Assembly (NCBI GenBank): GCA_035491955.1
Contig: DATJJU010000012.1
Span: 1 to 59,075, forward strand
Length of the DNA stretch: 59,075 nt
Reading direction: 5' to 3'
DNA from: Minisyncoccota bacterium
Lineage (GTDB): Bacteria; Patescibacteriota; Minisyncoccia; Phycocordibacterales; UBA9973
In this document: positions 8,181 through 16,658 of the stretch, in pieces
How positions within the stretch are numbered: position 1 is the first letter of the stretch
Layout of the letters: every line of letters starts with the position of its first letter
Translations under genes and position numbers: made by a program
Notes under the pieces: model-generated
Seen by the model: only the letters and a program-made list of their open reading frames with translations
What the model was told of the DNA's origin: nothing
The model's database searches: none

Positions 8181-10335
8181 ATTCAAAATGCATCTTCTCG
8201 TATTTTTTTATACGACTGTTCAACACCGTGTGTTTAACAAGAAGAGGATCTTCGGTGATGAGGGTGATGGCGGCTTGGCGAGCGGCTTCGACGAGTTTGA
8301 GGTTGCGGAGGGCTTCCATACCGATGTCGGATACGCCCCATTGATCGGTACCTGTCAGTTCGCCAGAGCCGCGAAGCTGTAGATCGTATTCTGCCAGTTC
8401 AAAACCATTTTTGGCACTCGTGAAGAGTTTCATGCGCTCTTGCGTGCGTTCTGATTTTGCATCTGCAAAGAGGTAACAGTATGGCTGATGTGATGAGCGT
8501 TGCACGCGTCCGCGCAGCTGATGAAGTTGTGAGAGGCCAAATCGTTCCGCTCCTTCAATAATGATAGCGGTCGCATTGGGCACATTCACACCAACTTCCA
8601 CTACCGAAGTCGCTACTAGAATATCTATTTCATGATTAACGAATTCTTCCATAGCTTCCTCTTTCTTTTCTTTTGTCATTTTGCTGTGCAGTATGCCAAC
8701 GCGAAATTCTGGAAAAACTTTTTCTTGCAGACGTTTTGCTTCTGTTACGACATTTTTCATTTGCAGTGCTCGTGCCGTATCTTTATCTGATTCATTAATG
8801 CGTGGACAGATAACATAGGCTTGTCGTCCCTGTTGAAGAATCGTGCGAATGTTTTCATAGACTTCCTCTCGCTTATCAGGCATGACTAATACTGTATCTA
8901 CTTGTTTGCGTCCTGCAGGGAGCTGATCAAGCAGAGAGATATCCAGGTCTCCATAAATAGTAAGAGCCAGTGTGCGGGGAATTGGTGTAGCAGTCATAGA
9001 AAGAAGGTGAGGGAAATGGCTATCTTTTTTAGCCAAGCCTTTGCGCTGGTTTAAGCCGAAGCGATGCTGTTCATCAATGATAGCGAGAGCGAGATGTTTA
9101 AATGTCAGACTCTTTTGAATAAGAGCATGTGTACCGATCACGATCGGTATCTCGCCATTGGCAATCCATTTTGAAAGCTGTGCACGAGAAATGTTTGTCC
9201 AGTTATCTTTGTTTGATGCAACTTTACTTGGAAATTTTTTACAGCCACTACCGGTAATGAGAGCGATAGAAATGCCAGTATGACGAAAGAGATCAATAAA
9301 GCTTTCGAAATGCTGTGTCGCTAAAATTTCCGTTGGTGCCATATAGGCTACTTGCAGGCTACCGAATGTTTGTTTCTTTTCCACGCCCGGTCTATTCATA
9401 ACGGTAGCGTATGCAGCTACTGCCGCTACAGCGGTCTTACCACTGCCAACATCTCCTTCAAGGAGACGTGACATCGGCACATCCTTTGTCATGTCTTGCA
9501 AAATATGATCAATACTTTTCTTCTGCGCATCAGTCAGAGGGAAGCCGAGGCGAGAAATGAAATCATTAGTATCAACATCTTGGATGGAGTAAGCAATCTG
9601 CTCTTTTATTTCCAATCGTTCTTTTTGTCTGGCAAGATTGATAGAAAATATTTCATCAAAAGCAAAACGCTTGCGAGCGACAATAGCGTCGTCTTTGGTC
9701 TTTGGTCCATGAACCCAAATCAATGCAGTCTTTAGTGACGGCAAAGAGTATTGCTCAAGAACACTAGCAGGCAAATGGTCTGGCATGTTTTCGATCAATG
9801 ATAATGCACGAGAAACAGCATGATGAATCCACAAACTTGAAACACCTTTTGTTTCTGGATAGACCGGTGTCAGTGTGGCATGTTCATCACTGCCGAAAAG
9901 AGAGTCGTGGCTATCAATAGGCAAGGCCTTCTCTTCGCGAGTGCTAGGATTAACCATAGCGAGCTTGTCTTTGTATACGCTGACTTTACCAGTGAGCTCT
10001 ATGGTATTACCGACGTGCAGCATATTGGCGAGATAGGGCTGGTTAAACCAAACGACGGGTAGGGTGCCGCTGACATCTTCAATGATGGCTTCACTCATAG
10101 CAGTCTTCGTCTTCCATGATTTCTTGGCGGAGATTTTTTTGATTGTGCCGCGAACGGTGACAGTTGCGCCTTCGGCAAGACCTTGTATGGAAACATACTG
10201 GCTTTCGTCGGCGTAGCGACTAGGGAAATGGTAAAGCAGATCTTCGACTGTGTGTATGCCTAATTTCTTAAGGCCTATCTTTATGTCTTCCTTGAGTCGG
10301 ATGAGCTGGTCAATCGGAGAGGAGAGGGTGAGCAT
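8179..10335 (-). CDS. recG: ATP-dependent DNA helicase RecG
   Basis: 718 aa with an N-terminal wedge/OB region, Walker A GDVGSGKT, DEQH box (IIDEQHRFG), and motif VI QLRGRVQR. Confidence 0.95.
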   Translation of the reverse strand: MLTLSSPIDQLIRLKEDIKIGLKKLGIHTVEDLLYHFPSRYADESQYVSIQGLAEGATVTVRGTIKKISAKKSWKTKTAMSEAIIEDVSGTLPVVWFNQPYLANMLHVGNTIELTGKVSVYKDKLAMVNPSTREEKALPIDSHDSLFGSDEHATLTPVYPETKGVSSLWIHHAVSRALSLIENMPDHLPASVLEQYSLPSLKTALIWVHGPKTKDDAIVARKRFAFDEIFSINLARQKERLEIKEQIAYSIQDVDTNDFISRLGFPLTDAQKKSIDHILQDMTKDVPMSRLLEGDVGSGKTAVAAVAAYATVMNRPGVEKKQTFGSLQVAYMAPTEILATQHFESFIDLFRHTGISIALITGSGCKKFPSKVASNKDNWTNISRAQLSKWIANGEIPIVIGTHALIQKSLTFKHLALAIIDEQHRFGLNQRKGLAKKDSHFPHLLSMTATPIPRTLALTIYGDLDISLLDQLPAGRKQVDTVLVMPDKREEVYENIRTILQQGRQAYVICPRINESDKDTARALQMKNVVTEAKRLQEKVFPEFRVGILHSKMTKEKKEEAMEEFVNHEIDILVATSVVEVGVNVPNATAIIIEGAERFGLSQLHQLRGRVQRSSHQPYCYLFADAKSERTQERMKLFTSAKNGFELAEYDLQLRGSGELTGTDQWGVSDIGMEALRNLKLVEAARQAAITLITEDPLLVKHTVLNSRIKKYEKMHFE

Positions 10336-10376
10336 GGAGGAATTATACTATACAAATTTAAAGGTATAATTCCTCC
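10336..10376. promoter_or_regulatory. Perfect 13-bp palindrome abutting the recG ATG and containing a TATAAT box
   Basis: GGAGGAATTATAC (10336-10348) pairs with GTATAATTCCTCC (10364-10376). On the recG strand, TATAAT lies 6 nt upstream of the ATG. Confidence 0.5.
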
Positions 10377-10495
10377 TCACTTCGAAGTAGTAATTATCGT
10401 CTTCCTGCGGAACTCGCTCAAACGCTCAAACAGTCCTCGGTGCGACAATAATTACTACTCCTCGTTTCGAGGAATTATTCATATTTCTTCTAAAA

Positions 10496-10526
10496 CAAAA
10501 ACCCTCTGGCATGCCAGAGGGTTTTT
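10496..10526 (-). terminator. Rho-independent terminator of the RRM-protein gene
   Basis: CCCTCTG/CAGAGGG stem around 10502-10521, flanked by A5/T5. Confidence 0.65.
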
Positions 10527-10529
10527 GTT

Positions 10530-10829
10530 TTAGAATCTTTTAGGTCCGCGATTGAATCCACCGCGATTACCTTCACCTTCCGCCTTTGGGCGAGCGATGT
10601 CACAGAAGATCTGACGACCGTCGAGCTCAGTATTATTGAGCTTATCAACAGCTGCCTGCGCTTCTGCGTCAGTAGCAAATTCCACAAAGCCAAAACCTTT
10701 GCTTCGGCCTGTTTCTTTGTTCATGATAACGTTTGCACTGGTCACTGTACCGCACTGTGCAAAGTATGCTGCTAATCCTTGGTTGTCGGTGTTGAAAGAC
10801 AAACTACCGACGAAAACTTTATTATTCAT
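10530..10829 (-). CDS. RNA-binding protein (RRM domain) with RGG-like tail
   Basis: RNP-2 KVFVGSL, RNP-1 KGFGFVEF, and C-terminal GEGNRGGFNRG. Confidence 0.9.
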   Translation of the reverse strand: MNNKVFVGSLSFNTDNQGLAAYFAQCGTVTSANVIMNKETGRSKGFGFVEFATDAEAQAAVDKLNNTELDGRQIFCDIARPKAEGEGNRGGFNRGPKRF

Positions 10830-10943
10830 TATATATGTTACTTACTATTATCTATGCAACGCGCGCTTTTCGATTAGAGCACATTACAACAGACCAACTA
10901 TAGCACACATTCCTCAAAAACCTATTAATATTCAATAAAGGTT

Positions 10944-11522
10944 TTATGAGTTTGAAACAGATGCTTTCGGTAGGAAGTAGAAGAGAGGGGGGATAAGAAG
11001 AAGGCTATACGTTAACGGAATAGAGATAATCGGAGTAAATATGGCCAAGAAGTAGAGAATTGGCCCTACCACGCTGCGGCCCATGGGAATATGGCGTTGC
11101 CCCTCCATTTTGTGGATGCAATAGCGCAAGATACTGAAGCTGATTGCTGCCCCAAAGAAGACAAAGGCATACATGCTAACGGACAGAAGAGAGCCAATGC
11201 TTGCGCTGAGTGTCTGAGTGACAAATGGCACGAGTGTGACAAAGAGAAGAAAGAGGATATTAAGCCAAAGAATGCGGCGTTTGGTAATACGGGAGATATT
11301 TTGACTGAGCTGCTGATGGTTGACCCAGAATATTGCAATAGCGATAAAACTAAGGACAAATGTCAGAATACTAGGAATAATAGGAATTAATTCTTGAAAT
11401 GATGTTCTATATGAGGCAATAGTAAGAACAGGAACACGTAATCCTAATGCCAGAAGGGTCATGCCGATAGCAAAGACACCGTCGCTGAAGGATTCGAAAC
11501 GGATTTTATTAGTAGCTTGCAT
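10944..11522 (-). CDS. TMEM175-family (DUF1211) potassium channel
   Basis: N-terminal RFESFSDGVFAIGMTLL signature, six TM helices, 192 aa. Confidence 0.75.
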   Translation of the reverse strand: MQATNKIRFESFSDGVFAIGMTLLALGLRVPVLTIASYRTSFQELIPIIPSILTFVLSFIAIAIFWVNHQQLSQNISRITKRRILWLNILFLLFVTLVPFVTQTLSASIGSLLSVSMYAFVFFGAAISFSILRYCIHKMEGQRHIPMGRSVVGPILYFLAIFTPIISIPLTYSLLLIPPLFYFLPKASVSNS

Positions 11523-11677
11523 AAAGAAAGTATAGCAAAAAATGCACCCTTTGGCTTTTTTGATACGTATGGTCTAACAGGGATGCCTGTAAGAATAGGC
11601 GCTCTGAATCGTACTATATAGTACAAGCTGCATGTCAGATCTGCTTGTACTGAATTATCAATATAATATTGAAATAT

Positions 11678-12742
11678 ATGAACAAGAAAGTATTTATTCC
11701 TACATTGGCGCTTGTCACCGCCTTGTCACTCGTAGGATTCTCAACGAAAGCATCAGCTGAATCAATTTGGCAACATCTTGGTATTGGCGTTAAAGCCGGT
11801 TCTGTAGAGGTTGAAGGTAACGAAGATATGCACGGAGATTTCCGTGGTGGTCCTGATATGGAGGGTCACGGTGTCGTCGGTACTGTTACTGCTATCAATG
11901 GCAGTACTATCACTATTCAAGCTAAGGCTCATGGTGAAGGGAATGGTAGCACCAATCCTAAGAGTAATAGCATGACAACGTTTACGGTGAATGCTGGCAG
12001 CGCTGCTGTTATGAAGAATGGCGCAACTGGTTCACTTTCATCTATTATTGTTGGCGATACCATCGTAGTACAAGGTACAGTAAGCGGTTCAACTGTTACT
12101 GCAACCAAGATCAATGATGGTGTTATTCCTCGCATGATGGGCGGAGTGTTCGGCACTGTTACTGCAGTAAATGGCAACATTGTTACGGTTCAGAGTAAAA
12201 CATACACAAAGGGTAGCACTACTTCTACCAGCACTACCTACACAGTAGATGCAACAAATGCAAAAGTAATGAAGAGTAACGCTGCAAGTACTGTCTCAGC
12301 AATCGCAGTAGGCGATACTGTTATGGTACAAGGTACTGTAAATGGTACAGCTGTGACCGCTACTCGCATTGATGACGGCGTCATGATGAAGGGCGGTACT
12401 CCTCGTGGCAACACTCAGTCACCACAAGGCAACGGCCAGCCAGTCATTGGCGGCAAGGTTACTGCAGTGAATGGCAACATTGTTACCATTACAAACAGCA
12501 GCAATGTTTCTTACACTATTGATGTAACACACGCTACTATCACTAAAGATAACAAGACTGCAAATGTTTCAAACATTGCAGTAGGCGACCAGGTGCTTGC
12601 ACAAGGCACTATCAATGGCAATGCTGTTACAGCAGTAACGCTAGTAGATGGAGTAAATGCAAACATCGGCGGTGACAAAGGAGAACACAAAGGTTTCTTC
12701 GGTTCGATCGGCCGCTTCTTCTCACACCTCTTTGGTTTCTAA
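11678..12742 (+). CDS. Secreted repeat protein with about four DUF5666-like modules
   Basis: Signal peptide, then repeated units GTVTA(I/V)NG..(I/V)T(I/V)Q ... VGD.(I/V).VQGT(V/I).G..VTAT.I.DG. The ORF opens at TTG 11669, and the first ATG is at 11678. Confidence 0.65.
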   Translation: MNKKVFIPTLALVTALSLVGFSTKASAESIWQHLGIGVKAGSVEVEGNEDMHGDFRGGPDMEGHGVVGTVTAINGSTITIQAKAHGEGNGSTNPKSNSMTTFTVNAGSAAVMKNGATGSLSSIIVGDTIVVQGTVSGSTVTATKINDGVIPRMMGGVFGTVTAVNGNIVTVQSKTYTKGSTTSTSTTYTVDATNAKVMKSNAASTVSAIAVGDTVMVQGTVNGTAVTATRIDDGVMMKGGTPRGNTQSPQGNGQPVIGGKVTAVNGNIVTITNSSNVSYTIDVTHATITKDNKTANVSNIAVGDQVLAQGTINGNAVTAVTLVDGVNANIGGDKGEHKGFFGSIGRFFSHLFGF

Positions 12743-12782
12743 GCCAATAGGGAACAGAACGTAAACAAATAGGCAAATGACA

Positions 12783-12819
12783 AACAAGCGCGGCACCCTA
12801 CGGGTGCCGCGCTTGTTTT
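12783..12819 (+). terminator. Rho-independent terminator
   Basis: 16-bp stem AACAAGCGCGGCACCC/GGGTGCCGCGCTTGTT (12783-12798/12802-12817), then TTT. Confidence 0.75.
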
Positions 12820-12875
12820 CGTTGACTTCTTAAATAATTTCAGTAAAGTGATAAAAATTCAAAAAATAATCAAAC

Positions 12876-13334
12876 ATGGAAAATACCACTAAAACGAGTC
12901 AGCTGATTCTCATTAAGAGTGTGTCAGAGTATTTTGATGCCGACCTACAGCCTACGGAATTTATCGAGTTAAAATACATAATGGTCAAAGATCCTCGGCG
13001 CTCCGATATTCAGATGTTATTGATGGAGGAACGCAATCCTTTTATCTATCATGCCGGGGCTGCATTAAGTTATATGCACGATAATCGGTTGAACGAAATA
13101 ATGATAAATGGAGGCGGAAAAGTCATGATCAATCCAAAGGAAAAGAGAATGGTGTTCTATGACAGATCCTATGCATTTGGGAGTGCTAGTTCAGATGAAG
13201 TAAAGGCCTTTGCTAAAGCCTTGTGGCCCAATTTCGAAATCATCGATAGATCTAGTTCAGACAGAAAAGAAATGGCGGTTGATGGAAAAGTATGGACCAG
13301 AGATAAGGTCACATACGAAGCAAACAACCCCTAA
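12876..13334 (+). CDS. Hypothetical protein
   Basis: 152-aa ORF bounded by terminators. No motif recognised. Confidence 0.45.
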   Translation: MENTTKTSQLILIKSVSEYFDADLQPTEFIELKYIMVKDPRRSDIQMLLMEERNPFIYHAGAALSYMHDNRLNEIMINGGGKVMINPKEKRMVFYDRSYAFGSASSDEVKAFAKALWPNFEIIDRSSSDRKEMAVDGKVWTRDKVTYEANNP

Positions 13335-13340
13335 AAAATA

Positions 13341-13375
13341 AAATGCCTTGCAGTATATTTGCAAGGCATTTTTTA
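13341..13375. terminator. Bidirectional terminator
   Basis: AATGCCTTGCA/TGCAAGGCATT stem (13342-13352/13360-13370), flanked by an A-run and T5. Confidence 0.7.
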
Positions 13376-13789
13376 TTACAACGTCTCTGCGTACTTCTTA
13401 AAGTTATCTAAGATTGCTTGCCAGCCGCCGCGTTGCATTTCTTCGCTGTTTTCATGCTCAGGATCAAATGTTTCCACGATCTTGTATTCATTATCACTAA
13501 TCTTTTCGAAGAGAACTTCTACTTTGCGGCCATCAGGAATAGTGTACGCAATCTTCTCATGGGGTACTACTTCGGTATAAGTACCACTGAATATAAAAGA
13601 AGTGCTACCGTCCTTTGCTGCCATAGTAGTAGTAAATTCTCCTCCCACCTTCAAGTCTTGCGTGGCTGCCGGAGCCTCCCAGTCATCACTAGCAAATGCC
13701 CAATGCACGATATGCTCCGGATTATTCCAAGCATCCCAGATCTTTTCAATACTATTGGTAATGGTTGTTTCAACTGTGATTGTAGTCAT
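13376..13789 (-). CDS. SRPBCC/AHSA1-domain protein
   Basis: 137 aa. I.....IEKIWDAW..PE.I..W plus the beta-rich core typical of the Activator-of-Hsp90-ATPase-homolog-like family. Confidence 0.7.
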   Translation of the reverse strand: MTTITVETTITNSIEKIWDAWNNPEHIVHWAFASDDWEAPAATQDLKVGGEFTTTMAAKDGSTSFIFSGTYTEVVPHEKIAYTIPDGRKVEVLFEKISDNEYKIVETFDPEHENSEEMQRGGWQAILDNFKKYAETL

Positions 13790-13973
13790 AAAAGTAGTCT
13801 ACCATTTTTTATTCATTACAACGTAAACATGTATGGGTTTGGACTTTAGGAACAGGTTTAGGCACATAGTTTTGTATAAAAAAATGGTATCCCGATACAA
13901 TTAAAAGAAGTATTAAAAGTATTAAAATTGTGTTTCTCATAGTTTCCGAACATCTCGTTCTTGGGCGAGTTTG

Positions 13974-14060
13974 CGGAGGATGTGGGATTCGAACCCACGG
14001 ACCCGATTAAAGGTCGACGGTTTAGTAAACCGTTGATTTCAACCACTCATCCAATCCTCC
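13974..14060 (-). tRNA. Class II (long variable arm) Ser-type tRNA whose anticodon reads ACT (ACU)
   Basis: Minus strand: acceptor GGAGGAT/ATCCTCC, discriminator G, 3-bp D stem GAT/ATC with an 11-nt loop, anticodon arm ACGGT-TTACTAA-ACCGT, long variable arm CGACCTTTAATCGGGTCC, and T arm GTGGG-TTCGAAT-CCCAC. The body is clearly Ser-like. The A34 anticodon is unusual and needs software confirmation. Confidence 0.7.
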
Positions 14061-14146
14061 AGAATGGTGAGACCATAATAGCTCAAAAGCTATCAAAAAA
14101 CAAAGTCTTCGCGCTCCCTGCGTACTGGATGGTATAGTATACATAT

Positions 14147-14947
14147 ATGAATACAACAACCAATCAAAACGACGATCATTTTGCCAAGATTATTACGCCT
14201 CTGATGAATAAGGTGCCGGAGATCACGATCTTTTTTTGGGTCATCAAGATTCTCTGTACTACTATTGGCGAAACAGCATCAGACTTTTTAAATGAGACGT
14301 TGGGACTTGGTTTAACTATTACCGGCATTGTTATGGCAGTAGTGCTGATCATTGCATTGGTGTATCAATTTCGTTCAAAGAAATATACACCGAGCAAGTA
14401 TTGGCTCAGCGTGGTCTTGATTAGTGTTGTTGGTACTCTTATTACGGACAATCTTTCTGACAACCTTGGTGTGTCATTGAAAATCAGTACCGCCGTGTTT
14501 GCTGTCATCTTGGCCATCGTCTTTGCCGTTTGGTACGCCCAAGAAAAAACACTTTCTATTCACAGTATTAATACTTTCAAACGAGAAGCTTTTTATTGGC
14601 TGGCTATCCTTTTCACTTTTGCCCTCGGTACAACAGCAGGGGATTTGATCGCGGAACAATTCAATATTGGATATTTTCCATCCCTAGCAATCTTTGCTGC
14701 TGCTATCGCCATCATTTACTGGCTCTATAAACAGTTCAACCTCAATGCAACATTGGCATTTTGGGCAGCATATATTCTCACTCGGCCACTCGGTGCCTCA
14801 TTGGGAGACTTTTTGACACAAGCTCGCAGCGATGGAGGGCTCGGCCTTGGTACTGTTGCTACGACTGCTATCTTCCTTGTCGCTATTATTGTGACAGTGG
14901 TCTATCTCATTAAGACAAAGAAAGACGTCATACAGACTGAACAGTAA
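14147..14947 (+). CDS. COG4705-like polytopic membrane protein
   Basis: 266 aa. The motif FW.IKIL.TT.GET..D recurs in later helices (LGTTAGDL, LGASLGDF). Confidence 0.55.
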   Translation: MNTTTNQNDDHFAKIITPLMNKVPEITIFFWVIKILCTTIGETASDFLNETLGLGLTITGIVMAVVLIIALVYQFRSKKYTPSKYWLSVVLISVVGTLITDNLSDNLGVSLKISTAVFAVILAIVFAVWYAQEKTLSIHSINTFKREAFYWLAILFTFALGTTAGDLIAEQFNIGYFPSLAIFAAAIAIIYWLYKQFNLNATLAFWAAYILTRPLGASLGDFLTQARSDGGLGLGTVATTAIFLVAIIVTVVYLIKTKKDVIQTEQ

Positions 14948-14956
14948 TACATAGGA

Positions 14957-14987
14957 AAACGGCTCCGCATAGCGGAGCCGTTTATTA
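14957..14987. terminator. Bidirectional terminator
   Basis: AAACGGCTCCGC/GCGGAGCCGTTT 12-bp stem (14957-14968/14972-14983). Confidence 0.7.
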
Positions 14988-15458
14988 TTCGTATTTTGCA
15001 AAAAAGAATAACTGATGGGAAGAAAATTTCATCTTGTATGGGTTAGGCAGTTTTGCAAACCGATTATCATGAACGCCATCCTTCTGTATCTTAAAGAGAC
15101 ATGGTTCGGTATCAGGCTTCATAGGTTCCACTGCAATATATATGACAGTGCCGACAGGGTAGTCTTGTAAAAACATCGGAGTAGATTTCACAACTTCTGG
15201 CGGGCACGGGACGCATTTGTATCGCGCAGCGGAATCACAAATCTGTTTATATGACAGGTCTCCTTTGATATTGAGACTATCTCCCGACAGCTCGACAATG
15301 GAGCCTTGTTTAGTTGTCTGTTTAGCTACTTCTGCAGCCGACATCCTCTTCGAAAGAGTGTCTGGTACAACTTGTTTTTTGTCAGAAATTTTTACAGGGC
15401 GGTCGGCGAAGTGTATACCCAATACACTCATTGCCAAAAGGAATAGGGTTACTTTCAT
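14985..15458 (-). CDS. Hypothetical secreted protein
   Basis: 157 aa with an N-terminal signal-like segment and several Cys. No family recognised. Confidence 0.45.
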   Translation of the reverse strand: MKVTLFLLAMSVLGIHFADRPVKISDKKQVVPDTLSKRMSAAEVAKQTTKQGSIVELSGDSLNIKGDLSYKQICDSAARYKCVPCPPEVVKSTPMFLQDYPVGTVIYIAVEPMKPDTEPCLFKIQKDGVHDNRFAKLPNPYKMKFSSHQLFFFAKYE

Positions 15459-15510
15459 GTGCTGCGTTATTTAGTTGTATGGTGCAATTAAATAAAGAAA
15501 AAGTCAATTA

Positions 15511-15822
15511 TTATTCAGGAAGGGTATCGAGGGCGTGCTCGCGGCGATGAAGGAAGACGTTTCGGAAATAAATAGCGAAGCTCAGGAAGGATGCCAGGAT
15601 AAATACTACGTCATGAATATGAAAAGAGTAGATCAGAATCATGGCGGTGCCGAGGATAGACAGCCACCAGAATGAAAGGGGAACAACTACTTTTTTCTGT
15701 TTCTCAGAATGAATAAGCTGTACGATGAAGCGAAAGAAAAAAACCGCTTGAGAGAGCAGGCCAAATATCACCCAGGGATCGGTCAGGACTTTGATAGTTT
15801 TTTGAATGAGAGTATGGATCAT
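15511..15822 (-). CDS. Lipid-A-disaccharide synthase N-terminal (LAB_N) domain membrane protein
   Basis: 103 aa with 3 TM helices. Pattern W...G...Q..F..RF..Q...SEK..K...P..FW..S..G. Lies downstream of a GT2 gene, the usual partner. Confidence 0.55.
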   Translation of the reverse strand: MIHTLIQKTIKVLTDPWVIFGLLSQAVFFFRFIVQLIHSEKQKKVVVPLSFWWLSILGTAMILIYSFHIHDVVFILASFLSFAIYFRNVFLHRREHALDTLPE

Positions 15823-15833
15823 GCCAAGTAATT

Positions 15834-16541
15834 CTATAGGGGGGAGATTTTTCGAACAATAAATAATGCTCTGCCGTTTGTCGCGATGACAACATCAACG
15901 AACCCTAGTATACCCCATATGAAGCGACTCCAGTTATATTTTGTTTCTCCGAATGCACGCTTGCGGTGATTAACATTTATCTCAGCGATCTTGTGGTGAC
16001 CATTGGCAGCAGCCAGTACTGGGATATATCGGTGCAATTGGTTTCTTAGTGTAAATTTTTTCAACACATCAGCGCGATACGATTTGAATCCGCAGTTATG
16101 ATCATGCAAGTGTACACCGCTCATGAAAGAGGTGAAGGCATTATAAATTTTGGAAGTGTTATTTTTGATGAAAGAGTCCAAGCGATGAAACTTCCTGCCT
16201 GATACAAGATCGTATCCTTCATTGATTTTGGCGATGAAGCGAGGAATTTCTCTAGGATCATCTTGCAGGTCAGCATCCATAGTGATGACAATGCTGCCGC
16301 GAGCGAGATTGAAGCCGGCTTGCAGGGCAGAAGCCTTACCTCTGTTCTGGGGGAAGGTGATGAGCGTGCACATGCCGCGCAATACCTCTGACGTATTGTC
16401 TGAGCTGCCATCATCAACAACAATGATCTCAGTATTATGAAGGTGATGCTCCTTGAGGGTGGATTGTATCTCCGGTACCAATACGCGAAGGTTCTCGGCT
16501 TCGTTGTAGGCAGGAATAATAATAGAGATGGGTTCAGACAT
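15834..16541 (-). CDS. Family 2 glycosyltransferase (polyprenyl-phosphate sugar transferase type)
   Basis: IIIPAYNEAENL, VVDDGSSDNT, and the DADLQD motif. Confidence 0.85.
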   Translation of the reverse strand: MSEPISIIIPAYNEAENLRVLVPEIQSTLKEHHLHNTEIIVVDDGSSDNTSEVLRGMCTLITFPQNRGKASALQAGFNLARGSIVITMDADLQDDPREIPRFIAKINEGYDLVSGRKFHRLDSFIKNNTSKIYNAFTSFMSGVHLHDHNCGFKSYRADVLKKFTLRNQLHRYIPVLAAANGHHKIAEINVNHRKRAFGETKYNWSRFIWGILGFVDVVIATNGRALFIVRKISPL

Positions 16542-16658
16542 AAATAATACGTTCTATCGTACCATAAGTAGTACGTTTCAAAAGGCTGTCATGGTGCAAC
16601 AAATGCTGATTTTTATGCGTATTTACAGTTATAAGGCTTTATTGTAAGATGCCGATAT

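Noticed and set aside
10414-10429. Possible CRISPR or tandem-repeat array (CGCTCAAA x2). More generally I looked for CRISPR arrays and rRNA anywhere in the window
   Set aside because: There are only two 8-nt units. I noticed no regularly spaced 25-40-nt repeats and no rRNA-like sequence anywhere in the 59 kb.
13858-14046. 62-aa minus ORF overlapping the Ser-type tRNA. Similar ORFs lie over tRNAs at 43370-43573 and 49346-49589
   Set aside because: The sequence is explained by canonical tRNA cloverleaves.
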